A stretch of 64,000 nucleotides of DNA from Anaerolineae bacterium (GTDB taxonomy: Bacteria; Chloroflexota; Anaerolineae; Anaerolineales; UBA4823), in assembly GCA_003327455.1 (NCBI GenBank), contig QOQU01000004.1, positions 390,042 through 454,041 on the forward strand, given 5' to 3'. The notes under the pieces were generated by a model that worked only from the letters and a program-made list of their open reading frames with translations, was not told the DNA's origin and made no database searches. Shown piece by piece: positions 22,308-32,169 of this stretch. How positions within the stretch are numbered: the first letter of the stretch is position 1; each line of letters opens with the position of its first letter. The position numbers were made by a program, and so were the translations under genes.

Positions 22308-22683
22308 ATGGGTCAACAAGGCCGAGAATGATTTTGCTGCTGCCGAGGTCACGCTTTACGCGCAAAAGGGACCCATTACCGATGCAGTATGTTTTCACTC
22401 TCAACAATGTGCTGAAAAATATCTAAAAGCCTTTCTCCAGGAAAACCGTATTCGTTTTGAAAAAACTCATGTTCTTGCCTATTTGCTTGACTTGTGTCTA
22501 ACCCTTGATGAGGATTTCAAAATTATTGCGACCGATCTGGCTGAATTGGATAGTTACGGGGTTGCAATTCGCTATCCAGGCACTAATTTGACGCCAGATT
22601 ATGCTTTTCGAGCATTTGAAACTGCCCGGAGGGTACGTGCTTTTATCAGGGGGAAGTTAAATCTTGCAGAAAAGAGTGGATAG
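22288..22683 (+). CDS. HEPN-domain protein (toxin partner of MNT)
   Basis: About 131 aa from the ATG at 22288 (MNDLTDEW), overlapping the MNT gene by 20 nt. It carries an RFEKTH (Rx4H) motif and an AEKYLKAFL helix typical of PF05168-type HEPN. Confidence 0.8.
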   Translation: MNDLTDEWVNKAENDFAAAEVTLYAQKGPITDAVCFHSQQCAEKYLKAFLQENRIRFEKTHVLAYLLDLCLTLDEDFKIIATDLAELDSYGVAIRYPGTNLTPDYAFRAFETARRVRAFIRGKLNLAEKSG

Positions 22684-22722
22684 CAATTCGATAGTGTGTT
22701 CTTCATCACAAAGGATGAAACA

Positions 22723-22755
22723 GGAAACGCCGCTCATCGCTATTGTGGCGTTTCC
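22723..22755. terminator. Hairpin between the convergent HEPN and ptsI genes
   Basis: GGAAACGCC-15 nt-GGCGTTTCC, a 9-bp stem, with no clear T tract on either side. Confidence 0.35.
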
Positions 22756-22809
22756 CCTTGCACAGGGGAGATCGTTAGTCCCCAGCCAATGGCAACTGAT
22801 GCGGGAGTT

Positions 22810-24552
22810 TTAGCGGGGCGTTTGACTTTTCAGATACTCGATCACCTCTGCTGCCAGAGAGAATTGTAAACACCGCTGCGCCACTTCCTCACACGCTGAC
22901 AGTGTCCATTGCCGAATCAATTGTTTGATGGTGGGGATAGAAGAAGGTGCCATGCTGAATTCATCCAAATGCAAACCGACCAGCAGGGGCACTGCCAGGG
23001 GATCACCAGCCAACTCCCCACACAACCCCACCCACTTGCCCTGCGTATGGGCAGCCCGAATGGTCATCTCAATCAGCCGCAGCACGGCAGGGTGATAGGG
23101 GCTTGCCAGTGCCGAAACCCGTTCGTTGGTTCGGTCTACTGCCAGGGTGTATTGGGTCAGGTCGTTGGTGCCAATACTGAAGAAGTCCACCCGCGACGCA
23201 AAGTGATCGGCGAGAAGCGCCGCCGAAGGCACCTCCACCATGATGCCGAATTGAACCTGCTGTGGCAGCGGTTTGCCCTCCGCCTGCAAGGCTGCTCTGG
23301 CTTCTTCGTAAATTTCGCGCGCCCGCTCTACCTCCGCCACCGAAGAAACCATCGGCAGCATGATGCGCAAATCACACTTGCCCGCTTCGGCAATGACCTG
23401 CCCGGCTGCCTGCAACAAGGCGGAAAACTGGTTTTGCAGCACATCCGGTCGTTCGCGGATCATGCGAATAGCCCGCCAGCCCAGAAACGGGTTGGGCTCC
23501 TTTTCCATGCCAAGATATGGGACCTCTTTATCGCCGCCAATATCCAGCGTGCGCACCACCAGCGGTCGCCCATCCAGAATCTCAAACACACGCCGATAGG
23601 CGCGCACCTGCTCGACAATGGAGGGCATGGTGCTGCGCTCCAGGTATAAAAATTCAGTACGGAACAACCCTACCCCTTCGCCCCCAAATTGCAACACCTG
23701 TTCGGCATCTTCCACCCCACCAATGTTGGCGACCACTTCTGCCCGAAAGGCGCCATCTCTGGTGATAGCTGGTAGCTCAGCCTCCTTCAGCTCCGCCTGA
23801 CGCCGAGCCTCCCACTCTGTTTTTTCTTTTCGCGCCACTTCCAACTCATGGAGGGTAGGGCCAACGTTAAAAACTCCACTGTTGCCGTTGAGAATTGCCA
23901 GCGTGCCACTGCGGATGTCGTTGAGGTCGAATTGAGCGCTGACCACGGCGGGGACCCCCATCGCCCGCGCCAGAATTGCCGAGTGCGAGGTCGGCCCGCC
24001 CCGCGCCGTGACAATGCCTAGAATCTTCTGCCGGTCAAAACGGATGGTATCCGATGGCGTCAGGTCTTCTGCGACAACGATTACCGCTTCCTTCCATGTC
24101 TCCAGACTATCCTGATCGCTATCCTCTTCCAGGCATCTCATCACCCGCTGGGCAACATCGCGCAAATCCTGAGCCCGCGCCTGGAAATAGGCCTCTTCCA
24201 GCCCCAGCAGGGCTTCGGCATATTGTTCAAACGTGTGATGCACAGCCGCTTTGGCGTTCAAATGTTCATCTAATATCAGTGTTCGTAGTCTGGCAAGCAA
24301 TTCCTCATCAATCAGGAACAAACGATGGGCTTCAAAGATGGCTGCTTCTTCTTCGCCGGCAATTTTCCTAGCCCGCTCTTGCAGAGCCATCAACTGGGTA
24401 TCCGCTTTGTGCAGAGCTTCCTGGAGACGCTGCCACTCGGCGTGAGGGTCTGCAATGCGGTGTTCGGTGAAGGTAATCTTTTGAGGGCGATATGGCAACA
24501 CTTGCCCGATCGCTATGCCGGGCGAGGCGGGTAATCCCTGGTAACGAGGCAT
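22810..24552 (-). CDS. ptsI: Phosphoenolpyruvate-protein phosphotransferase (PTS Enzyme I)
   Basis: 580 aa with phospho-His region GGPTSHSAILARAMGVP and a PEP-utilizer TIM barrel (FFSIGTNDLTQY, VGLCGE). Confidence 0.95.
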   Translation of the reverse strand: MPRYQGLPASPGIAIGQVLPYRPQKITFTEHRIADPHAEWQRLQEALHKADTQLMALQERARKIAGEEEAAIFEAHRLFLIDEELLARLRTLILDEHLNAKAAVHHTFEQYAEALLGLEEAYFQARAQDLRDVAQRVMRCLEEDSDQDSLETWKEAVIVVAEDLTPSDTIRFDRQKILGIVTARGGPTSHSAILARAMGVPAVVSAQFDLNDIRSGTLAILNGNSGVFNVGPTLHELEVARKEKTEWEARRQAELKEAELPAITRDGAFRAEVVANIGGVEDAEQVLQFGGEGVGLFRTEFLYLERSTMPSIVEQVRAYRRVFEILDGRPLVVRTLDIGGDKEVPYLGMEKEPNPFLGWRAIRMIRERPDVLQNQFSALLQAAGQVIAEAGKCDLRIMLPMVSSVAEVERAREIYEEARAALQAEGKPLPQQVQFGIMVEVPSAALLADHFASRVDFFSIGTNDLTQYTLAVDRTNERVSALASPYHPAVLRLIEMTIRAAHTQGKWVGLCGELAGDPLAVPLLVGLHLDEFSMAPSSIPTIKQLIRQWTLSACEEVAQRCLQFSLAAEVIEYLKSQTPR

Positions 24553-24570
24553 TGTCGCTTCCCTCTCGTC

Positions 24571-24870
24571 TCAGGAATGAGGGACAGTGGTTTCGCCGAA
24601 ATTGCTTTCGACCAGTTCCATCAGCGCCTGAATGGCTGCCTGGGCTTCCTCCCCCTCGGCGATGATTTCAACCGTATCGCCCTGGTTGACCCCCAGGGTC
24701 AACACGCTGAGCGGACTTTTGGCGTTGGCGGGCGGTTTTTCCGAGTTGACCTTGCGCACGCTGATCTTGCATGGGAAGCGGGCAGCCGTCTTGACAAACT
24801 GGGCGGCTGGGCGGGCATGCAACCCGGCAGGATGTTCAATGGTGATGGTGGTTGAGATCGTCTGGGTCAT
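24571..24870 (-). CDS. ptsH: Phosphocarrier protein HPr
   Basis: 99 aa with the His-15 context GLHARPAA and a regulatory Ser context AKSPLSVLTLG. Confidence 0.93.
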   Translation of the reverse strand: MTQTISTTITIEHPAGLHARPAAQFVKTAARFPCKISVRKVNSEKPPANAKSPLSVLTLGVNQGDTVEIIAEGEEAQAAIQALMELVESNFGETTVPHS

Positions 24871-24873
24871 TGA

Positions 24874-26178
24874 TTAATATCCTAATATCCTTTCCTGCTC
24901 TTTTCTCAGCCGGTAAATGGTCTGACTTTGGTTCAATTCAATCTCTTCGTAATGAATTGGCTCATGCGCCTTGACCGTCCGGGTTATTGTTCCACCAACA
25001 ACTAGTCCTAACGGAACTTCGCCATGTTGGCGGGCTTTCTCTGCACGCTCGATCATGCCATAAACCGTGTATCCACCGAGTGTATCGATTTTCTCCCCGG
25101 GCTGTAAATCACGCTTGGCATAGGCCACCGTTTCCGCTACCGGCGGACAATGGGTAGCTAACAATTCCTCTTTATCCAACGCAACACGGGCAACCGTGAT
25201 TGGCGCTTCCAGATTGGCAAGATGATATGGCCGATATAGCGCCCAATAGTTATGATCCGGATTGCCCAGCAGCCGTAAGTAGCGCAGGTCACGGATAATT
25301 TTCGGCTGATCAGTAGTAATGATGACAAACACACCTGGCGCAACATCGCCAACAGCAAAGTCCACTGCCCTAATGCTATTGAAGATGCCGCCAGCTTCTT
25401 TGGGGACAAAGATATTTGGTAAATCCTTGACTGTACAGTTTGGGCCATAACATCCAGTCACTTCTGGCGAATATCCCAAGGCGTTACCAATTGATGTCAT
25501 TTCCACCATTGTTTTTGTCCCATCTACAAAGGAAGTTAGCATCTTCGGGTTCATTAACTGTTTTTTCGCCGCTGCCTGCAATTGATCCGGCGTTGCCGAA
25601 CGGTCAAGTGGATTATTCTTGCCCTTGCCAATATAGACGATTTCAAAACCCAGTGCATCGGCAAAATCATATAATTCTTTAATTGAACCAGGCTCATCAC
25701 CAGCCGCAAGGGTGTAAACGACGCCTTTATCTTCCGCCATTTTAGTCAGCATGTAACCAATGGTGGCATCCGCTTCTACGTTCATATTGATCACACTTTT
25801 AACGTTTTGAATGGCGGTATAACAAACTTGCGCTCCCACTTCTGGCACCCCCGTACATTCCAAAATGACATCCAGCGCGCCAATTTCAACCAGAAAATTG
25901 GCATCGGTTGTCGCAATCCGTTTACCAGCCGCAATCAGTTCGGAGGCCTTCTGGGGATTTTCATCAAGGTGAACCACCGTATCTGCCGGCACACCACTTT
26001 CTAGATATCCCTTTTCAGCTTGGCCGGGGATGATATCGGCAGTGGCAACCACTCGCAAACCATCCATTTTTTCAGTCTGGCTTATAAAGCCAATTCCCAT
26101 TTGACCGGCGCCAATCAGCCCTACCCTTACCGCCCCGTTCTGTTGTGCATATTTTTTAAGACGATCCCGCAGTGACAT
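24874..26178 (-). CDS. NAD(P)-binding dehydrogenase with a C-terminal SAF domain (COG4091-like, homoserine-dehydrogenase-like fold)
   Basis: Rossmann loop VGLIGAGQMGIGF near the N-terminus. Length of about 434 aa and the C-terminal beta-clip-like region fit the SAF-oxidoreductase family. I prefer the start at the ATG at 26178 (MSLRDR). Confidence 0.6.
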   Translation of the reverse strand: MSLRDRLKKYAQQNGAVRVGLIGAGQMGIGFISQTEKMDGLRVVATADIIPGQAEKGYLESGVPADTVVHLDENPQKASELIAAGKRIATTDANFLVEIGALDVILECTGVPEVGAQVCYTAIQNVKSVINMNVEADATIGYMLTKMAEDKGVVYTLAAGDEPGSIKELYDFADALGFEIVYIGKGKNNPLDRSATPDQLQAAAKKQLMNPKMLTSFVDGTKTMVEMTSIGNALGYSPEVTGCYGPNCTVKDLPNIFVPKEAGGIFNSIRAVDFAVGDVAPGVFVIITTDQPKIIRDLRYLRLLGNPDHNYWALYRPYHLANLEAPITVARVALDKEELLATHCPPVAETVAYAKRDLQPGEKIDTLGGYTVYGMIERAEKARQHGEVPLGLVVGGTITRTVKAHEPIHYEEIELNQSQTIYRLRKEQERILGY

Positions 26179-26238
26179 TTTAATAAAGCCTTTCCAGGTA
26201 AAAAATAATTGCAAAATATACTCTGCCCCAAAGATTTA

Positions 26239-26616
26239 TCAAGAACAGTTTGTAAACGAAAAGTAATCTCCCACCCGAATCGGGGGGAGGGGGCGAACCT
26301 CCGCGCAAATATCACCAGGCATCTCAGGCTTATGTTCGCCATTAAACTTGATAATAAAATGCCCAAGCGCCTTTAAGTTTTGGTTTGCCACCTCCCCAAC
26401 AGCAAGGATAGTAAAACACTCGTCCTCAAGACAGAATTGATCTCCAACGGTAATATCTTCGACCAATGTTCCACCATCATGTAAGATGGAAAATTCTCTT
26501 AATTCATCTGGAGCATTTTGCCCAAAGAAAACTAGGACACCCGCAGATATAAATTCATCTACCAGCGGACCAATTTCTGAAATTCTCGCCGCATACTTGA
26601 TGATGTGCTTGTCCAT
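26239..26616 (-). CDS. srlB: PTS glucitol/sorbitol-family EIIA
   Basis: 125 aa that aligns by eye to E. coli SrlB across its length (EIGPLV..F...G.LVFFG.NAP.EL..F...H, GD...L....F.I.AVGE.AN.NL..LGH). Confidence 0.88.
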   Translation of the reverse strand: MDKHIIKYAARISEIGPLVDEFISAGVLVFFGQNAPDELREFSILHDGGTLVEDITVGDQFCLEDECFTILAVGEVANQNLKALGHFIIKFNGEHKPEMPGDICAEVRPLPPIRVGDYFSFTNCS

Positions 26617-26625
26617 TGGGATGCC

Positions 26626-27012
26626 CTATTCTTCAATTAGTTCAATGTCCTCGGGGCGAACACCTGATACAAAATATTCTTCGGTGATAAAACGCATTAG
26701 TGGCCCGGAAGGCGAGGTTGGATAGATATCCACTGTTGGCACTTTCTTCATAGGGTAAACTCCAACTCGAGCAGTACCGCCACAGTCAATTACTGCGACT
26801 GCAATTTCACTAAAATCAGCTTTGGATTTGAATCCATCAAATGGTCGCCCACCTGTAAGGTCAGCTATAAGCTGAGCCAGTGGATGAATTCCACCGCCAG
26901 TGACCGAGTATATAAGATCGCGTCCCGGTTTGGGCTCTATAATAAGCGGTCCGCCCCAGCCTTTAGGACCTTTTTTAATACGAACTTTGCGATATTTTTT
27001 TTCCTCAGTCAT
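26626..27012 (-). CDS. srlE: PTS glucitol/sorbitol-family EIIB domain (equivalent to the N-terminal third of E. coli SrlE)
   Basis: KGPKGWGGPLIIEPKPG matches EKGTGGWGGPLELKATPG, and AVIDCGGTARVGVYP matches AVIDCGGTLRCGIYP (active Cys). Confidence 0.88.
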   Translation of the reverse strand: MTEEKKYRKVRIKKGPKGWGGPLIIEPKPGRDLIYSVTGGGIHPLAQLIADLTGGRPFDGFKSKADFSEIAVAVIDCGGTARVGVYPMKKVPTVDIYPTSPSGPLMRFITEEYFVSGVRPEDIELIEE

Positions 27013-27095
27013 CGTATCAACCTCCGTGATGTATTAAATATTGTTATAGGGTGTGAAGTTTGCAATTTGATGCTCACTCCACACCCCTTTATTTT

Positions 27096-27629
27096 TTAGA
27101 GACCCACGCTGAATATCCAGGCTATGATCACAGCAATAGGACCGGTAATCAAGCGAGAGAATAATACAGCGGGTACACCAACCTCTACTGTCTCAGGTTC
27201 AGCTTCACCCAGCGCGAGACCTACCGGGATAAAGTCGCATCCGACTTGCGGGTTGATGGCAAAGAGCGCTGGGAGTGCAATGTAGGCAGGGAGAGCTTTT
27301 ATGGCAAATTGCGTACCAAGCAACGTCCCAATGATCTGGGCAATCACAGCACCAGGGCCGAGCAATGGGGACAAAACTGGCAGACCTATGATAAGTGACA
27401 TAATGATCAAACCAATCGGACTATTTGCTAAAGGTTGGAGCGCTTTTGCCAGTAAATCACCAACGCCGGTAGCCAAAATGATACCGATGATGAAGGCAAT
27501 GAATGCCATGAAGGGGAGAATGTTCTTGACGACTTGGTCAATGGATTCACGCCCTGCCTGATACAAAACACCTACAACCTTACCGGCACCGCGTCCAATT
27601 CGTTCAAGTAAAGAGGTTATCGCTTGCAT
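27096..27629 (-). CDS. PTS glucitol/sorbitol-family EIIC segment (equivalent to the C-terminal membrane part of E. coli SrlE)
   Basis: [30 protein letters not shown] matches [30 protein letters not shown], and [20 protein letters not shown] matches [20 protein letters not shown]. Confidence 0.88.
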   Translation of the reverse strand: [177 protein letters not shown]

Positions 27630-27641
27630 TTCATCATCTCC

Positions 27642-28181
27642 TTATGCTGTCCGTCTTGCCCATAGAAAAGCAGTTATACGCTCTGTAACGATACCGCGTA
27701 TGAAAATGACAATTAGCCCTACTATGAGGTAGCGCACCGCTAGCGCAGCCGTTTCGGCTTCACCATAACCGGTAGTTACGCCCTGTGCAATGCCTGCCCA
27801 AACAAACAATTCACCGGGATTGACGTGCGGGAAGATGCCCAAAGGTGGATGAACAAACGATACCGCAGCATCATAAAAAGCCGGTTTGTACTTTTCGGGC
27901 AGGAAGCGCCCCATAGTATAGGCCATCGGGTTGGTCAAAACGAAGACTGCAACTACTGGAAGGATCAAGTATCGTAGAGGCATGTACTTGAATCCCTCTT
28001 TACCAGCAGCTTCACCAATTTTGTCAATTCTCTCTTGACCGATCAATGCAATCAAGGCATTGAAAGCCGTTAACAGCACAATCACCAGCGGGATGATGCC
28101 GGTTACCAATCCAACGAAGACCTCTGATCCTTTTTGAAATAACCCAATAAACCATACGGCAGCTTGAACTAAAATATCCAT
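27642..28181 (-). CDS. srlA: PTS glucitol/sorbitol-family EIIC2 (SrlA)
   Basis: WFIGLFQKGSEVFVGLVTGIIP, GRFLPEKYKPAFY and PHVNPGELFVWAGIA match E. coli SrlA. I place the start at the ATG at 28181, 8 nt after AAGGAG; the track start at 28202 is a TTG upstream of that RBS. Confidence 0.9.
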   Translation of the reverse strand: MDILVQAAVWFIGLFQKGSEVFVGLVTGIIPLVIVLLTAFNALIALIGQERIDKIGEAAGKEGFKYMPLRYLILPVVAVFVLTNPMAYTMGRFLPEKYKPAFYDAAVSFVHPPLGIFPHVNPGELFVWAGIAQGVTTGYGEAETAALAVRYLIVGLIVIFIRGIVTERITAFLWARRTA

Positions 28182-28293
28182 TGTTATTTCTCCTTCTATC
28201 AAATATCAAAGTGCAGAGGTAAAACAGATAGTAACCATTTTATTGATATTAGATTTTCTTGCTCTTACACCTCCTAAAACGTTTTTGATAGAA

Positions 28294-28752
28294 TCAGGTG
28301 GAAGCGGTTTCGGTAAAACTGATCGACTTTTCTATTTCTTCCTCCTTTCTGCGAGCTTGAAACTCTAAAATATGTTTTGCTGCATCGCGCAAAGCTAGCG
28401 CCAGTTTGCCGCTGATGTGTTTAGGTAGGGGGGTTTCATCATTGAGCAAATCCTTTATTGTCATCCCTTCAAGACCGTGCACGGGCTTGAGACTAGCTAA
28501 AACAGTCCAGCCCGAAAGTTGCTCGCTCTGGTGAATAATCTCCGTCTTTGGGTCAACAACTAGAATGGCATACTGGCGTCGTTTCCATGTCGAACCTGCA
28601 ACGCCAATCGAGACAATATTGCCCGTCTTACGGAACTGACTGACCCGCCCATAAAATCGACGTAATTGAAAATAAGAAAGGAGCAATTGAAGCAACCACG
28701 CGCCTGCTAACCCAAGAATAATCATGGTTGCGGTAATATCCATTGGATGCAT
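28294..28752 (-). CDS. gutM: Glucitol operon activator GutM-like membrane protein
   Basis: 152 aa with an N-terminal TM helix then QLRRFY...GNIVSIG...G, a GutM/SrlM-like layout. It sits immediately upstream of srlA. Confidence 0.7.
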   Translation of the reverse strand: MHPMDITATMIILGLAGAWLLQLLLSYFQLRRFYGRVSQFRKTGNIVSIGVAGSTWKRRQYAILVVDPKTEIIHQSEQLSGWTVLASLKPVHGLEGMTIKDLLNDETPLPKHISGKLALALRDAAKHILEFQARRKEEEIEKSISFTETAST

Positions 28753-28767
28753 TCCACAAACCTCCTC

Positions 28768-30183
28768 TCACAGTATCATCAATTGCGGGTCTTCCAACGC
28801 GGTTTTCAAATCGCGCAGGAACGCGGCTGCCACTGCACCGTCCACAACGCGGTGATCGGCGCACAGGGTCAGATTTATCATCGGGCGAACCGCCACCTGA
28901 TCGTTTTCATCCGCAACGACCTCCTTGCGCACCGTACCCACTGCCAGAATGGCTACCTGCGGCGGGTTGATGATCGCCGTAAAACGCTCGACCCCAAACA
29001 TGCCCAGGTTGCTGATCGTAAACGTGCCATCGGCCACATCCTCAGGGCGCAGGCGATTTTCCCGGGCCCGGGCGGTCAGTTCATCCATCTCCTGTGCCAG
29101 TTGCAGCAGACCTTTGCTTTCGGACTGTTGAACCACCGGCACAATCAGCCCTTCTTTGAGCGCCACGGCAATCCCCAAATTGACCTGTTCGATGAGTACA
29201 ATCTGCTCACCCTGCGGGGTGGATTGCAGCCAAGCGTTTATATAGGGGTTGCGTTTGAGCGCCCAGGCACACGCCTTGGCCAGCACCGCAGTCAGACTGA
29301 CTTTGGGCTGTCCCTCGCTGCGTTGTTGGTTGGCTCTGGCGCGCAAGGCCTCAGCCTGGGTTACATCCACGCGAATTTCAAGGTTGATGTGCGGGGCTTC
29401 CTGCGCGCTCTTTTGCAAGCGCTGGGCTATCGTGCGGCGCATACCTGCCAGTGGCAGAACCTGAAAAGCCAGTTGCGTGGGGCGTTCAAGCTCAGCAGGT
29501 GCAGCCGGCAGCGGCTGAGGTATCTCAAGATGCGCTGGCTGCACCGCTTCGACGGCAGCGGACGACCGCCCGGCCAGAAAGCGCTGCACATCGGCAGACT
29601 GCACTCGCCCACTGGGCCCGCTGCCAGCCACTTCTGCCAGTTCCACACCCGCTTCACGTGCCAGCCGGCGCGCAGCCGGGACAGCGCGCACTTTTCCCCC
29701 CGCCTGGCGGTTGAGCGCAGCCTCTACATCACGGCGGGTAATCTTCCCGCTCGGACCGCTGCCCTGTATACCCTGCAGTTCCAGCCCGGCTTCGCGGGCA
29801 ATGCGCTCGGCCAGCGGCGTGGCTTTGACCAGCGGCATACTCTGCGGTGCTGCGGCAGGGGGTGCTTCAACCGCTGCGGAAGGCGCGGTTGGCGGCTGTG
29901 TGGCTGACCCGGCAGTTGCGGGCAGCGCTTCACCCGGCGCCAGAATGTAGGCAATAACTTCGGTCACCGGCACAATATCACCCTCTTTGTAACGCAGATC
30001 GGTAAGGATACCACTGGCTGGGGCTTCCACTTCCATGTTGACCTTGTCGGTGGTCACTTCGGCAATCGGGTCGCCTGCTTCTACCGCATCACCGGCTTTC
30101 TTCAGCCAGTGAACGATTTCAGCCGTTTCCTGCGTGAAACCGAATTTGGGCATAATCACTTCGCGCGCCATTGTCCGCCTCAC
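28768..30183 (-). CDS. Dihydrolipoamide acyltransferase (E2) of a 2-oxoacid/acetoin-type dehydrogenase complex
   Basis: Lipoyl domain [14 protein letters not shown], two peripheral-subunit-binding domains ([23 protein letters not shown] and [22 protein letters not shown]), and catalytic [13 protein letters not shown]. Confidence 0.93.
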   Translation of the reverse strand: MRRTMAREVIMPKFGFTQETAEIVHWLKKAGDAVEAGDPIAEVTTDKVNMEVEAPASGILTDLRYKEGDIVPVTEVIAYILAPGEALPATAGSATQPPTAPSAAVEAPPAAAPQSMPLVKATPLAERIAREAGLELQGIQGSGPSGKITRRDVEAALNRQAGGKVRAVPAARRLAREAGVELAEVAGSGPSGRVQSADVQRFLAGRSSAAVEAVQPAHLEIPQPLPAAPAELERPTQLAFQVLPLAGMRRTIAQRLQKSAQEAPHINLEIRVDVTQAEALRARANQQRSEGQPKVSLTAVLAKACAWALKRNPYINAWLQSTPQGEQIVLIEQVNLGIAVALKEGLIVPVVQQSESKGLLQLAQEMDELTARARENRLRPEDVADGTFTISNLGMFGVERFTAIINPPQVAILAVGTVRKEVVADENDQVAVRPMINLTLCADHRVVDGAVAAAFLRDLKTALEDPQLMIL

Positions 30184-31166
30184 ACCTTTAACGCCACCAG
30201 ATTGCGGGCTTCTTCGAGGATGTTTTCCACCTGAGGTACGGCGTGGTATTCCAGATTGCGGTTGTAGGGAATGGGAATATCCAATCCGCCCAGCCGGCGG
30301 ATGGGCGCTTCCAGATAGTCGAAGGCGGAACTTTCGGCAATGCGCGCGGCAATTTCACCGCCGAAACCGGCCATCTTGACCGCTTCGTGCACAATCAGCA
30401 CTTTACCAGTCTTGACCACAGATTCCAGAATGGGTTCTTCATCCAGCGGGCGCAGGGTGCGCGGGTCAATGATTTCGACTTCGATGCCCTCCTGTGCCAG
30501 TTTTTCTGCTGCTTGCAGGGCACGCTGAACCATGATAGAAGTTGCCACAATGGTCAGGTCCTTCCCGGAGCGCACCACATGACTTTTACTGAGCGGCACA
30601 CGGTACATCTCTTCCGGTACTGGTCCTTTGATTTTGTACAGCAGTTTGTGTTCGACAAAGATGACTGGGTTATCATCTTCAATCGAGGCAATCAGCAGCC
30701 CTTTGGCGTCGTAGGGCGTGCTGGGCATGACCACCTTCAGCCCCGGGACGTGCACAAACCAGTTTTCCAGACTTTCGGAATGCTGTGCCGCCGCACCGGT
30801 GCCGGAGCCGCCTGGCATGCGTAGCACGAACGGAACTTTGGCCTTTCCGCCGAACATAAAGCGGATTTTGGCCGCCTGCAGAACCAGTTGCTCCATGCTG
30901 AGGGTGACGAAGTCCATGAATTGAATCTCACCTACCGGGCGAAAACCGGTCAGGGCGGCCCCGATACACGCCCCGGCAATCCCCGCTTCCGAAATGGGCG
31001 TATCTATCACACGTTCTTCACCAAATTGCTGAATTAGCCCAGCAGTGGCGCCAAATGCGCCACCGTACACACCAATGTCCTCGCCAATGAGGAAGACAGT
31101 CTCATCCTCGCTCATTTTTTGATGGAGGGCTTCGCGGATGGCTTCAACGTAGGTGATTTCACGCAT
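30180..31166 (-). CDS. 2-oxoacid dehydrogenase E1 beta subunit
   Basis: [14 protein letters not shown]...GEDIG.YGG.F..T.GL...FG..RV.DTPISE is the classic E1beta/AcoB N-terminus. The start at 31166 overlaps the E1alpha stop by 8 nt. The longer track ORF to 31268 runs through E1alpha. Confidence 0.92.
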   Translation of the reverse strand: MREITYVEAIREALHQKMSEDETVFLIGEDIGVYGGAFGATAGLIQQFGEERVIDTPISEAGIAGACIGAALTGFRPVGEIQFMDFVTLSMEQLVLQAAKIRFMFGGKAKVPFVLRMPGGSGTGAAAQHSESLENWFVHVPGLKVVMPSTPYDAKGLLIASIEDDNPVIFVEHKLLYKIKGPVPEEMYRVPLSKSHVVRSGKDLTIVATSIMVQRALQAAEKLAQEGIEVEIIDPRTLRPLDEEPILESVVKTGKVLIVHEAVKMAGFGGEIAARIAESSAFDYLEAPIRRLGGLDIPIPYNRNLEYHAVPQVENILEEARNLVALKV

Positions 31167-32166
31167 AGACTCCCTCGAGAATGGTGCTGAGATCGGGCTC
31201 TGGGCTGGCGTTGGCAAATTCCACCGCCTCATCAATGATGGCTTGTGCCTTATTGACAATTTCCTCATAATCGGCTTCGCTCATATCCAGCAGATGGGCA
31301 AGGCGATGAATCGGATCACGAGCTTGCCATTCTTTGACTTCATCGCGGGTTCGATAGGCCTGTCGATCACTCTTGGAATGCCCCTTCCAGCGGTAGGTCA
31401 GTGCTTCCACCAAGGTAGGCCCCTCTCCGTTGCGCGCCCGTTCACCAGCGGTGCGTATAGCGTCGTATACTGCCAGTACATCGTTGCCGTCCACTGACAC
31501 GCCAGGGATGCCATAGGAACAAGCACGCTGGCTGATAAACCGGATATTGAAGGCTTTTTGCACCGGCATGGACATGGCGTACTGATTATTTTCGCACAGA
31601 TAAATGACCGGCAAATTCCAAATACTGGCCATATTCAGCGATTCGTGAAAAGCACCTTCATTGGCAGCCCCATCCCCAAAGATAGTCAGGCAGACCTGTT
31701 GGGTTTTGCGTTTTTTGATGCTCAAACCGACGCCTATCGAAATGGGAATGCCGCCGCCGACAATGCCGTTGGCGCCCAGATTGTTCTTCTCAACATTTGC
31801 AATGTGCATCGACCCCCCTCGGCCGCGGCAGTAGCCGGTTTCCTTACCCAAAAACTCGGCCATCATCAGCCGCACATCACTGCCCCATGCCAGACAATGC
31901 CCATGTCCGCGGTGATGGTTGAGCAGATAATCACCGTCCTGCATGGCTGCGGATGCGCCTACAGCAACTGCTTCCTGCCCTATGGAAAGGTGCATGGTAC
32001 CGTGAACCAGCCCGCGTGAAAACAAGTCCTCGGCTTTATCTTCAAAGGCGCGGATAATATTCATTTTCAGAACCCACTCCCGCAGACGGGGTTCTCCTAA
32101 TTCTTCTATCAGCCTCTGATGGTTTGGCTGATATATTTCTGTTTCCAAAAGAGAAGTCCATTCCAT
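31159..32166 (-). CDS. 2-oxoacid dehydrogenase E1 alpha subunit (TPP-binding)
   Basis: [11 protein letters not shown] and the TPP motif [36 protein letters not shown] (GDG..N). Confidence 0.92.
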   Translation of the reverse strand: MEWTSLLETEIYQPNHQRLIEELGEPRLREWVLKMNIIRAFEDKAEDLFSRGLVHGTMHLSIGQEAVAVGASAAMQDGDYLLNHHRGHGHCLAWGSDVRLMMAEFLGKETGYCRGRGGSMHIANVEKNNLGANGIVGGGIPISIGVGLSIKKRKTQQVCLTIFGDGAANEGAFHESLNMASIWNLPVIYLCENNQYAMSMPVQKAFNIRFISQRACSYGIPGVSVDGNDVLAVYDAIRTAGERARNGEGPTLVEALTYRWKGHSKSDRQAYRTRDEVKEWQARDPIHRLAHLLDMSEADYEEIVNKAQAIIDEAVEFANASPEPDLSTILEGVYA

Positions 32167-32169
32167 AAA

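Noticed and set aside
28747-29907. 386-aa + ORF
   Set aside because: It is antisense to the E2 acyltransferase, whose lipoyl, PSBD and DHRxxDG motifs are unambiguous on the minus strand.
30180-31268. Extended 362-aa version of the E1beta ORF
   Set aside because: The first 34 codons overlap the E1alpha coding sequence in another frame. The conserved E1beta N-terminus begins at MREITY (31166).
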